From: an uncultured delta proteobacterium
GTDB lineage: Bacteria; Myxococcota; B64-G9
DNA: 64,000 nucleotides
Reading direction: 5' to 3'
NCBI GenBank assembly: GCA_963754925.1
Contig: CAVWHX010000004.1
Span: 384,001-448,000 of the forward strand
The position numbers and the translations under genes were made by a program. Positions 8,914 through 18,102 of this stretch are shown in pieces. The notes beneath the pieces were generated by a model that was given only the letters and a program-made list of their open reading frames with translations, had not been told where the DNA came from and did not search any database. How positions within the stretch are numbered: the first letter of the stretch is position 1; the number at the start of each line of letters is the position of its first letter.

Positions 8914-10245
8914 CCAAAGCGGCCCGGTATGACCCCGGGCATACAAGCGACTGAGAATCTGCGCTGTCCTCTCTCCCCCGGACCCGATGATCCAATTCGA
9001 ACGACCTACCGCCTGGGCCGTCGTGCGTTGAATAATTTCCTGGCCGCCAAGCCCTCGGGGGTTGTAGAAGACGGGGTCAAGGAGGGACTGACTGTCTGAT
9101 ATCTGACCATCGGCAAGGGCCATCCGGTATAATTCTGTATGGGGGTAGATCCGGACGCCACAAAAGAAAAAAAAGACAGACCGATTGACCTTTTCTATAT
9201 TGGTATACGTTTCAGAGAGGGTATCATTGTTTTCTCCCGGACCACCTAAGAGGAAATAGTGCGCGATATGAAGGCCCGCTTCCCGGGCTTGATGGTGGGC
9301 GCGGAAGACTTCCTGCACGGCAAAGGGTTTTCGGTAAGCCGTCAGCATTGCTGCACAGAGCGAATCCGTACCGAATTCAACATGGGTCATTCCAGCATCC
9401 GCCAGAATCCGATAGTAGTGGGGCGGTGGCTCTGTGGGCGTCAGAAAGGCGCCCCAGGGGATGGATAGACCAACCCGGACGAACGCTTTCGCGACCTCCA
9501 AACTGTGATGGTAATCGCTGTTGAAGGAGGCGTCGGTGATGAAGAGATACTTTGCCCCCGCTTGTTCGAGAGCTTTCGCCATCTGCGCGACTTCATCAGG
9601 CGGCGTCCGACGTAGTTCGTGTCCCTCGATGTGGGTATAGGTACAGTAGATGCAGCCAAAGGGACAGCCCCGCTTCGTTTGCAGATTGAAAATTCCCCCA
9701 TGGTGAAGGTAGAAAGGAACCAGGGGATTATCGGCGTCAAATCGCCTTTTGAAACGATCCTGAAAGGGCTCGGGCATGATCGCCGGACATTTCCTGGTGA
9801 TGATCCCTGGTAGTCCAGCGGCATCTTCCCCCTTCTCCAGGGCATCGACCAGGGGAAGGAACCGTTCGCCTTCTCCCAGCACCCCGAAGTCCGTCTCAAG
9901 GACCTCCAATAATTCTTTGGCGAAGATGGTAAAACCGCTGCCGCCCAGAACGATGCGCGCAGAGGAACAACAACGGATCAGCTCCACTAACCGACGATAT
10001 TCCCCGACGAAATCTCGACACTCGACAATGTCACTATTGTCGACGTTGCGGATGGAAAGACCGATGATATGAGGGTCAAAATCCTTGATAAGGCCGCTTA
10101 TTGCGTTCATGTCTGGGATCAAGTTCATGTCGACGATTTTAACCTGATGCCTGGAGGAGAGTATTCCAGCGATATAATCAAGCCCCAATGGATAAACAGG
10201 ATAAGGAACCTTGCACGTGTTGGTAGAAATGAGAAGTATGTTCAT
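8896..10245 (-). CDS. B12-binding radical SAM protein, lipid-biosynthesis type (TIGR04072-like)
   Basis: N-terminal PYPVYPLGLDY, GLSIRNVDN and VLGGSGF, plus KRGCPFGCIYC (CxxxCxxC). Confidence 0.85.
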   Translation of the reverse strand: MNILLISTNTCKVPYPVYPLGLDYIAGILSSRHQVKIVDMNLIPDMNAISGLIKDFDPHIIGLSIRNVDNSDIVECRDFVGEYRRLVELIRCCSSARIVLGGSGFTIFAKELLEVLETDFGVLGEGERFLPLVDALEKGEDAAGLPGIITRKCPAIMPEPFQDRFKRRFDADNPLVPFYLHHGGIFNLQTKRGCPFGCIYCTYTHIEGHELRRTPPDEVAQMAKALEQAGAKYLFITDASFNSDYHHSLEVAKAFVRVGLSIPWGAFLTPTEPPPHYYRILADAGMTHVEFGTDSLCAAMLTAYRKPFAVQEVFRAHHQAREAGLHIAHYFLLGGPGENNDTLSETYTNIEKVNRSVFFFFCGVRIYPHTELYRMALADGQISDSQSLLDPVFYNPRGLGGQEIIQRTTAQAVGRSNWIIGSGGERTAQILSRLYARGHTGPLWESLIV

Positions 10246-10321
10246 CTACGCTGCCTATAACATCGTGTGGGTTTTGATCACGATCGTATCTAACGGCGTT
10301 GCGGACCCGGCAGAATACGAG
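10246..10321 (+). pseudogene. Remnant 3' fragment of the 4722-5321 lipoprotein gene (repeat A, copy 2)
   Basis: 58/76 nt identity with 5246-5321. Begins directly beside the radical SAM start codon. Confidence 0.85.
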
Positions 10322-10392
10322 ATTACTCTGGAGAATCGAGATGTCAAGCGCCTGTTGTACGCCCGACTATCGGTGCAGAATGACAAGTACCA

Positions 10393-10845
10393 TCATTGCT
10401 CCAACAATTTTGCGACCTCTGTGAAGCCACCCTGCATCGCAAGCGTGAAAGCTGTTTCACCCCGATTGTTGACCACACTTTTATCGGCATTATATTTAAG
10501 AAGTCGCAATACAATTTCGGTATATCCATAATATGATGCAATTATGAGGGGTGTACTGCCTATCTCAATATTTCCGTACCGTGCATGAGTCGTTGCATTT
10601 GGGTTGGCCCCGTTTTCCAAGAGGAAATTCACAATTCCAGGATAATCATAGTAGATAGCCCAGAGAAGAGGCGTCCATCCCCAACGATCATACTCATTGA
10701 TATTTTCTCCATCATGGAGCAACTGTTTGACCTGGTCCAGATTACCGTTTATTGATGCCTTACTGAGAGACGCACATCCGGTTAAGAGAGAAATGGCAAT
10801 CAACGCACCCAAAAAGCAACAGGAAAAAAACATCTTAATTTTCAT
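10393..10845 (-). CDS. Ankyrin-repeat lipoprotein
   Basis: Lipobox LLTGC and ankyrin motifs GWTPLLWA, GSTPLIIA and GETAFTLA. Confidence 0.88.
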   Translation of the reverse strand: MKIKMFFSCCFLGALIAISLLTGCASLSKASINGNLDQVKQLLHDGENINEYDRWGWTPLLWAIYYDYPGIVNFLLENGANPNATTHARYGNIEIGSTPLIIASYYGYTEIVLRLLKYNADKSVVNNRGETAFTLAMQGGFTEVAKLLEQ

Positions 10846-11089
10846 GGGCGAACACCTCCTTGACAGAGATAATGATAATTAAGGACAGAAAAAATTAAGA
10901 ACCTATCCCGCACTGGTTCAACAGATACCTTTTTATTAACCTTAGCTCAATTTAGATCTGATTTTATTTACCTGTCAATGGAAGTGATGGCATGGTTGAA
11001 AATGACAAAAAGATATTTAAAATTTCTTCTTGATAACAAGCGGGATCACCAATAATCTGTTTATTGCCGTAACCAATTAATTCTATTAG

Positions 11090-11821
11090 GTGAATATGGA
11101 AAAAAAAGTCGCGCTGATCACTGGTGGAGGTCGCGGTATCGGAAGGGCGATCTGCCTTGAATTCGCCCGTAACGGATACCATGTCATTGTCAACTTCAAA
11201 TCGAATATCTCTGCGGCAGAGGAAACCCTCGGAGCAATAAAAGCATTGGGGGCTGACGGAGAACTCTGTCCGTTCGATGTAACTGATACCCGAGTATCGG
11301 CAGAGGCAATTAGAGCTATCGTCGATCGCCACCAGCAGATCGGCGTACTGGTCAACAATGCCGGCGTCGCCGCTGACGGTCTTTTCCCCATGATGTCCTA
11401 CGACCACTGGCGTACCGTGCTTTCCACCACACTCGATGGGTTCTACAACGTGACCAAACCGGTACTAAAAGCAATGATTCGAAAACGCAACGGCTCCATC
11501 GTTGCCATCTCTTCGGTAGCGGGGATTATGGGCAACCGAGGTCAAGTGAACTACTCAGCCGCCAAAGCCGGGATCATTGGCGCGTGCAAGGCCCTTTCCC
11601 AGGAGGTTGCGCGGTTAGGCATTCGAGTGAACGTGGTGGCGCCGGGGCTCATTGAGACCGAGATGATCCAAAACGCTCCCATTGAACAGATCAAACAGTT
11701 GATCCCCATGAACCGCCTCGGCACGCCCGAGGAAGTTTCCCGGGTCGTTCGTTTTCTGTGCTCGGACGACGCTTCGTACATTACGGGACAGGTCATCGGC
11801 GTCAACGGAGGCATGATCTGA
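11090..11821 (+). CDS. fabG: 3-oxoacyl-ACP reductase
   Basis: TGGGRGIG, NNAG, YSAAK and NVVAPGLIETEM. The TTLDGFYNVTKP segment is typical of polyene-cluster FabG. Confidence 0.93.
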   Translation: MNMEKKVALITGGGRGIGRAICLEFARNGYHVIVNFKSNISAAEETLGAIKALGADGELCPFDVTDTRVSAEAIRAIVDRHQQIGVLVNNAGVAADGLFPMMSYDHWRTVLSTTLDGFYNVTKPVLKAMIRKRNGSIVAISSVAGIMGNRGQVNYSAAKAGIIGACKALSQEVARLGIRVNVVAPGLIETEMIQNAPIEQIKQLIPMNRLGTPEEVSRVVRFLCSDDASYITGQVIGVNGGMI

Positions 11822-11889
11822 CACCCTGCGCTATGACAGATCAGAATTTAGGAATAAAGAGATCTCTCTTTTTTTTCTAAACAGCACCG

Positions 11890-12108
11890 CTATCGTTTGG
11901 TCCACTCGTTCCGAGTTATCCCTGCTTGCTTTAGTATCCTTGAAAGCAGATCAACGCCGATGCTTTCCCGGTGAGGGTTGGGAACGGTCAGGCGCAGTTC
12001 GCCCTTGATCATATATAAGTGCCTACCCCCGGCGTAAGGTCCCTCAAAACCAAAGGCCTTCAATTTGCCGATAAAATCACGATGAGCTAGAGGAACGAGT
12101 TTCGACAT
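11890..12108 (-). CDS. hicA: HicA-family toxin
   Basis: MSKLVPLAHRDFIGKLKAFGFEGPYAGGRHLYM...TVPNPH...LLSRILKQAGI. Confidence 0.85.
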   Translation of the reverse strand: MSKLVPLAHRDFIGKLKAFGFEGPYAGGRHLYMIKGELRLTVPNPHRESIGVDLLSRILKQAGITRNEWTKR

Positions 12109-12109
12109 G

Positions 12110-12358
12110 TTATGCGACAGCTTCGACAGATTCCTTGATTTCACAATTGCCGATCTTAGGAATGGGAAGACCTTTTTTAATGCTTATGATGATCCATCCT
12201 TCTACAACATCTTTAAGATTGTTGCGGCACTCCTCAAGCGTTTTTCCGGTAGCATAAACTCCCGGTAGCTTAGCAATCTCCCCATAATAAGGTTCCTCGT
12301 CGTCGATCTTTTCATAATGCGCAAGTTCCAACGCTTGATTAATATATTCAGCTATCAT
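12110..12358 (-). CDS. hicB: HicB-family antitoxin
   Basis: YYGEIAKLPGVYATGKTLEECRNNLKDVVEGWI. Confidence 0.87.
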   Translation of the reverse strand: MIAEYINQALELAHYEKIDDEEPYYGEIAKLPGVYATGKTLEECRNNLKDVVEGWIIISIKKGLPIPKIGNCEIKESVEAVA

Positions 12359-12377
12359 TGCACACCTCTCTTACTGC

Positions 12378-12406
12378 AATATAATAGCACGCTCTCATAA
12401 TTTCAA
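12378..12406 (-). promoter_or_regulatory. Candidate sigma70 promoter of hicBA
   Basis: TTGAAA-N17-TATATT upstream of the GAGG RBS. Confidence 0.5.
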
Positions 12407-12453
12407 CACGGAGCAGATCCGACAGTCAAGTCCTGTCAACTTTCGGTAGTGTT

Positions 12454-13461
12454 CTAATTTGAATTATCCCCCGATTTTAAAAACTCGGGATGCCGTACCA
12501 AGAAGTCATTGAATGCACTGACTAGTTTGGATGTTGTTTGACGCAGCCAGAGCGTATGGATCGATGTCGTTTCGTCGTTTAGAGATGTGGCGTAGTCGAA
12601 GTGTTCGGCTAGATCCTTTGGGTTTGACGGCATGGTGGATGGTTTTTCGCTCAAAGAAATCTTGCGTGGCAATACCCCTCGGTGCGCCAAGGCATCTCGC
12701 AGCCCTTTGAGTTCCTCAAATTCATCTGAACTCGCTACCTGCAATAGAAGCAACGAAAAACTATCGGTAGATAGCCAATTACCATAAGCTTTAGCGACAT
12801 TCATTGGGTATTTTTTTAGATGTTTAGCTTCCAATAACGCAAAGCAGGATGGACAGAGAACTGCTGCAACGCAGTAAACGGCCATGTAAAAACAGTCTAT
12901 AGCTGAAAGTGCAGAGGCAACACAGCCGAACAGTGCACGCTCTTGGGAGTAGCGCTCTTCGAGAGGCGGTGCGGTGTTCAGCACGATCAGTTGTCTGAAC
13001 TCTTGATCGTACTCGACGGTTGAACGCATACGGATAGCTAAACCCTTCCATGCAGATATGTAGCTGGAGTGTGAATTCTTCTTCAACACCTTTAAGGGGT
13101 CGTTTGGGTCGGTGGGTTTTGTGATCAATGAGACTCGATCATAGGCCTGGTCGTATGACGCAACGTCAAACCCAACAGGCATCTCGAATCCGGCGATACG
13201 TGACAGCGATGAGTGTTTGACTGATAGCTCTCCAAGTACGGTCGAATGGCTTTGGCTTTTTCCGGCCAATTTGATTTTGTAGCCTATTATTTTTCCATTT
13301 TTGTTACGGTTAGCTTCTACTAAACCTGAATTTTCCAATCCGCGTATTAGATCAACAGTTGATTTCTGATAGTATTTTCTTGAAAAATACCAAGTTACAA
13401 GACCTCCAACTATTATGCCTGATAACATACTGATTATATTGAACAACTGTACATCATTCAT
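12454..13461 (-). CDS. Hypothetical protein with an N-terminal TM helix; C-terminal part may be HEPN-like
   Basis: 335-aa ORF with RBS GAGGA. LRDALAHRG fits RxxxxH. Confidence 0.6.
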   Translation of the reverse strand: MNDVQLFNIISMLSGIIVGGLVTWYFSRKYYQKSTVDLIRGLENSGLVEANRNKNGKIIGYKIKLAGKSQSHSTVLGELSVKHSSLSRIAGFEMPVGFDVASYDQAYDRVSLITKPTDPNDPLKVLKKNSHSSYISAWKGLAIRMRSTVEYDQEFRQLIVLNTAPPLEERYSQERALFGCVASALSAIDCFYMAVYCVAAVLCPSCFALLEAKHLKKYPMNVAKAYGNWLSTDSFSLLLLQVASSDEFEELKGLRDALAHRGVLPRKISLSEKPSTMPSNPKDLAEHFDYATSLNDETTSIHTLWLRQTTSKLVSAFNDFLVRHPEFLKSGDNSN

Positions 13462-13677
13462 GGTACTTTCCTCACTTCAAAATTTGTTTAGAACCAAGAG
13501 CCGGTACTTCTGTAGTTGGCTCCATGCCATGTGAATACCCTAAGCGCGATATCTGTGACGCGCAAATAAAATTAGATTTCAAAATGATACACTACCCAAC
13601 CTTCACAATCATTGACGGGAGCGTGACCTCAGAGCTAACTTAAAGCCTCGTTTTGAAGAGATGGCTTACATAACCAG

Positions 13678-14331
13678 GTGAGCAAAGGAAGAAAGACTGT
13701 GTTTAAGTTTCCTATCCTTCTTTTTCATTTGTTTTTTGCTTTGCTTCTTACTACGCCGGCATTCGCACAAGATTTCTGGACGCGAAGCTGGGAAAGCATC
13801 CGCGCGGCTTCCAACAATATCCATTCCCTTAACGCATCCTTCACCCAACGTAAGTATATGAAGATTCTCAAACGCCCGTTGGTTTCAACGGGCAGTATCT
13901 TCTACCGGACCCCAGACCGTCTGCGTTGGGAGTACCGTAATCCGATACGCCAAGTGCTGCTCGTCAACGGCAGTAGGGTCAAAAAATACGTCAGGGAGGG
14001 AAACCGGCTCGTCGATGACACCTCGGGCTCGGTCGAAGCCATGCGCATGGTCATGGAGCACGTCGCCGCGTGGCTCAGGGGCGATTTCGAAAAGGATGGC
14101 ATGTTCTCAAAAGAGCTTCAGGCCCAAACGCCACCCTGCATCGTGCTCAAACCTATCGCCGAGCCGATCTCAAGTTTTATCCGCAGCATCAAGTTAGTCC
14201 CCGATAACAATCCCGGCGTGCTTGAGCGCATCGAAATTGAGGAATTCGGCGACGCTTCCACGGTTATTGAGTTCGATACCGTAATCCTCAATGCCCCTAT
14301 TGCCGACTCAATGTTCGAAAGCGCGCAATGA
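13678..14331 (+). CDS. LolA-like outer-membrane lipoprotein carrier (polyene-cluster type)
   Basis: Signal peptide ending AFA, and SLNASFTQRKYMKILKRPLVSTGSIFYRTPDRLRWEYRNP. Confidence 0.85.
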   Translation: MSKGRKTVFKFPILLFHLFFALLLTTPAFAQDFWTRSWESIRAASNNIHSLNASFTQRKYMKILKRPLVSTGSIFYRTPDRLRWEYRNPIRQVLLVNGSRVKKYVREGNRLVDDTSGSVEAMRMVMEHVAAWLRGDFEKDGMFSKELQAQTPPCIVLKPIAEPISSFIRSIKLVPDNNPGVLERIEIEEFGDASTVIEFDTVILNAPIADSMFESAQ

Positions 14332-15023
14332 TCACGAGCATTCCCCGGCGCCGTACGACATTGATGCTATTCTGTGTGGCGATTACGGCATGCACCGCAT
14401 CAACCACCGTACGGCGGCTATCGCCGGGAGAGCAGGCAAGAGCTCTCAAGGCATGCTCTGAACCATTCCCGGTATCGGCGTTCAGAGCCATTCATAAGCT
14501 ATCCTTCACGTTTTCCGGCAACCGCCATAGCTCCTTCATTGGCGTGACCATTGCGGATCAGGCGCGGGACCGTTTGAGGAGCGTGCTCGTTTCCACCGAG
14601 GGCGTCACCCTGTTTGACGCGGTCTACCAGAAAGGCGAAGTCACCATACTTCGATGGATGCTTCCCGGTGATGCGAACGTATTCGGAAACAACCTCTTCG
14701 ATGATGTTCGATTTATGTTTTTCCGCCCCACCGCTGTTTATTCGGAGGTCGGCGTTCAGCGCGACGGGCGGCTGGTATGCCGATTTTTTTCAACGGATAC
14801 GATCGCAGAAGTACTACTACCCCAGGGAAATGGCCGGTATGAGTTGAAGCGTAGCGACCTTAACCGGGAACCTCTTAAAACACTGCATATGCAAGGACCG
14901 TTCGTGGATGGATTCGCCACCACCTTGACTCTGCACAGTCTCCCGAAGCCCGCCTACTCGTTGGTGCTCGAATTGTTAGAGGAAGAACCGCTTTTGATTT
15001 CTGATGATCTGTTCTCTCGCTGA
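14328..15023 (+). CDS. Hypothetical lipoprotein coupled to the LolA-like gene
   Basis: Lipobox ITAC and an ATGA overlap with the upstream gene. Confidence 0.75.
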   Translation: MITSIPRRRTTLMLFCVAITACTASTTVRRLSPGEQARALKACSEPFPVSAFRAIHKLSFTFSGNRHSSFIGVTIADQARDRLRSVLVSTEGVTLFDAVYQKGEVTILRWMLPGDANVFGNNLFDDVRFMFFRPTAVYSEVGVQRDGRLVCRFFSTDTIAEVLLPQGNGRYELKRSDLNREPLKTLHMQGPFVDGFATTLTLHSLPKPAYSLVLELLEEEPLLISDDLFSR

Positions 15024-15038
15024 GCGTTGGTAACGCTC
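14924..15038 (+). repeat. Direct repeat C, copy 1 (3' end of 14328-15023); copy 2 at 16674-16787
   Basis: 85/101 ungapped identity, then a 1-nt indel and 12 more identical nt. Confidence 0.93.
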
Positions 15039-15085
15039 GTTGCATCTTCGGAATAATTATTCTCCTTGAGGGCCTGACTTGAAAG

Positions 15086-16661
15086 TTGTGGGGTTCATCT
15101 GGTATAAAAGAACCACTCGTTCATCAAAGGCATGGCACGGGAATTGAGTTATGGAATCACCGAAGTCTTAAGCTCCGGATCCTCGTTCCGTTGACGCTGG
15201 CAATCATAGTATTGCTGGGCGCGTTCGCCGTCGTTTTCTATCGTTATCAACATGAGCATATTAATGAAGACGCCATTTCCAAGCTCAAATCGTTACAGGA
15301 GTTATACGCCGTCCAGTTGGACAGCGAGGCCGAAATGATGGCGGCCGCCCTGGAGTCGATGCTTCGTGATGAGAAACTGAAGATTGCTTTGAAGGCCAAA
15401 GACCGGAGAGCCTTGCTCGAACAGATTCGAATTCCTTATAACCAACTGCATTCCGAGCATCGAATCACTCATTTTTATGTTACCGGTCCGGACCGGGTGA
15501 ACATCTTACGGGCACACGAACCTGAGCGGTATGGGGATACCATCGACCGCATAACAACGTTAGAGGCCGAGAGAACCGGAAAACTTTTTTACGGGATAGA
15601 ATTGGGGCCCTTGGGGACATTCACGCTTCGAGTGGTTGTCCCCTGGTATGACGGGGAAACGTTGCTTGGATACTTGGAATTAGGCAAAGAGATCATGCCT
15701 CTTGTCGCTAAACTACACGAAATTCTCGGTGTTGAAATTTTTGTTCTCATCGACAAAAAATATCTCAATCAGAAGGACTGGGAGGCCGGCATGAAAATGC
15801 TTGGCCGGAATTTTGAATGGAACCAATTTCCTTCCATGGTCACTTCTTATAAGACTATGGACGTGTTGCCACCAAAACTCTCACTGATGTTTTCTGAAGA
15901 ATATCGGCAACCCCCGGGGAAAAGCGAAGAGATCATTTTCAATGGCAGGCACTATCGCTATCTGCTATTTCCCTTGAAAGACGCGCGGGGGCTTTCGGTT
16001 GGAAATATGGTAATCATGCAAGATATCACCACGCTGATAGGCAATCTTCATAGTACGATTATCAGTTTCGGCGCTATTTGTCTGGTGATCGGTGGAATTC
16101 TGTTCGGACTGTTTTATCTGCATATCAGACGGGTGGAATCGCAATTAGAAAGCGCAAACAAGGAAATTCAGGCCCTCGCCATATCCGACCCCTTGACCGG
16201 CCTTTACAATAGAAGGGGATTCATAGCGCTTGCCGAGCAACAGCTCAAATTGGCCGATAGAACGAGGAGAGGAGCGCTGCTCTTTTTTGCCGACTTAGAC
16301 GGGATGAAGTGGATCAACGATACCCTGGGTCATGAAGAGGGAGATAGAGCCCTCGTTGATATCGCATCGATCCTCAAAGAAACCTTCCGCCTATCCGACA
16401 TTATTGCACGTATCGGAGGAGATGAATTCGCCGTTCTGGTTATTGATACAACGGCAGTTACTCCCGAAATACTTACCGCACGATTAAAAGATTCATATTA
16501 ATAAGAAAAATAGTCGGGAATCTCAGAAATATTTGCTCTCAATCAGTGTGGGCTCTTGTTACTACGATCCTGATCATCCATCTTCTTTGGATGAGCTTAA
16601 GGCATGCGCAGATACCTTGATGTATGAGCAGAAAAGAAACAAGAAATCGTATCCTGTTTAA
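15086..16661 (+). CDS. Membrane-bound diguanylate cyclase (periplasmic Cache-type sensor plus GGDEF), +1 frameshift near 16487
   Basis: DPLTGLYNRR, RLSD I-site and ARIGGDEF. Removing one A from TTAAAAGATT restores ...LSISVGSCYY...ADTLMYEQKRNK to the TAA at 16659-16661. Confidence 0.88.
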
Positions 16662-16673
16662 CCGTGAGGGGTG

Positions 16674-16787
16674 CTTGACGCCGCAAAGCGTTACGAAACC
16701 GACCTACTTGTCGGTGCTCGAGTTGTTGGAGGAAGAGCCGCTTTTGATCTCTGATGATCTGTTCTCTCGCTGAGATTGGTAACGCTC
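16674..16787 (+). repeat. Direct repeat C, copy 2 (overlaps the 3' end of 16704-17192)
   Basis: See 14924-15038. Confidence 0.93.
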
Positions 16788-17192
16788 AATGAAAAGCTTT
16801 AACAAGTAGGCGCCGTACTGTTTGCCGACGGTATAGCTCTGTGCACCGATGATAACCATGCCGACGAGAAACACCACCCAGGCAAGGCCATAGGCCGCCG
16901 GTCCCCCGATCGCAAGAATAAGCGGCTCGCCAAAGTAGGCCGATAGCACTCCGCAAACCGCCACCAAAGGCCATCCCACCACATAGCTCACGGCGATGAG
17001 CGAAAGCCCGACTACCACCCGCGGCGTTGGTTTGCGACGAAAGACGTCTGGCGTTCCCGAAAGCCGTAGTGCCCGGGTGCCCGTCTTCGTGCTTGCCAGA
17101 CGATCGGCGACGGCTGTGAGCGATTTCGACATTGCAAACCCTACCAACACCGTTGCGACTATACAACATAGCTTTTCGTTTCTGCTCGTCAA
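16704..17192 (-). CDS. Small membrane protein
   Basis: Hydrophobic segments SYVVGWP and GGPAAYGLAWVVFLVG. Start uncertain. Confidence 0.65.
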   Translation of the reverse strand: MTSRNEKLCCIVATVLVGFAMSKSLTAVADRLASTKTGTRALRLSGTPDVFRRKPTPRVVVGLSLIAVSYVVGWPLVAVCGVLSAYFGEPLILAIGGPAAYGLAWVVFLVGMVIIGAQSYTVGKQYGAYLLKLFIERYQSQRENRSSEIKSGSSSNNSSTDK

Positions 17193-17370
17193 GTCGATAC
17201 TGACCTTGCATGAGACTAGTGCTTTTGCTAATTTAAAGCACGATGCGAATTAATCACGATTTCCCAATGGCAGAAGGTGTTGATCATCCTGAATAAAGGC
17301 CGGGCCTATGATCGGTTCTCTGTTCGCACCCTTGGCCACGAATTCCTCATCAACGTTGCGCGGTGCGCAC

Positions 17371-18096
17371 GTGAACCATTCCATAGCTGTTGTCATACCG
17401 GTCTACAATCACGGATCTCGCGTGAGAACCGTTATTGAGAAAAGTCTGCTTCTGGGGTTTCCCATCATTGTCGTCGATGATGGCTCCACCGATGAGACGT
17501 TTTCGATCCTCCGATCGATTCCGAGCATCACACTTTTGCGACATGCCGTGAACAGGGGCAAAGGTCAAGCGCTGCTCACGGGAATGTCGGCAGCGTCCCA
17601 GAATTCGGACTATGTGCTGACGATCGACGCCGATGGTCAGCACGACCCCGCAGATGCGCGTTCTCTCATCGCCGCTCTTGACAACGCAGTCGCCCGTCCC
17701 ATCGTCGTTGGTCGGCGTGAACAAATGCTGCATGATTCCTCAATACCGTGGACAAGCCGATTCGGCCGCAATTTCTCGAACTTCTGGATCCGAGCCTCGG
17801 GAGGACCGAATCTTTCGGACACGCAGAGCGGGTTCAGGCTCTACCCCATTCCCGAAACGCTTCGCTTGAAGACTCATGGCAAACGATTCCAGTTCGAGGT
17901 TGGCGTGCTGGTGCGGGCTCACTGGAAGGGTATCCCCATCATCGAAGCGCCGATCACGGTGGACTACCAGCTACGGGGCCAGCGTATTTCCCATTTCCGA
18001 CCCGTTGTGGATTTTTTCCGCAACAGCCTTGTCTTCAGTTCGCTGATTGCGATGCGGTTGCTCATTCCGAAATTCGTACGGCGCCGCTGGTGGTGA
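17371..18096 (+). CDS. Glycosyltransferase family 2 (aryl-polyene-cluster type)
   Basis: VVIPVYN, VVDDGSTD, TIDADGQH, DTQSGFRLYP and RISHFRPVVD. Confidence 0.92.
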   Translation: MNHSIAVVIPVYNHGSRVRTVIEKSLLLGFPIIVVDDGSTDETFSILRSIPSITLLRHAVNRGKGQALLTGMSAASQNSDYVLTIDADGQHDPADARSLIAALDNAVARPIVVGRREQMLHDSSIPWTSRFGRNFSNFWIRASGGPNLSDTQSGFRLYPIPETLRLKTHGKRFQFEVGVLVRAHWKGIPIIEAPITVDYQLRGQRISHFRPVVDFFRNSLVFSSLIAMRLLIPKFVRRRWW

Positions 18097-18102
18097 CGGA
18101 AT

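Noticed and set aside
10211..10531. 106-aa + strand ORF as a real gene
   Set aside because: It overlaps two - strand genes, and only its middle is meaningful as the remnant of repeat A.
11798..13631. Possible decayed copy of the fabG 3' end at ~13608-13631
   Set aside because: Only 14/24 identity. It fits the repeat pattern but cannot be told from chance.
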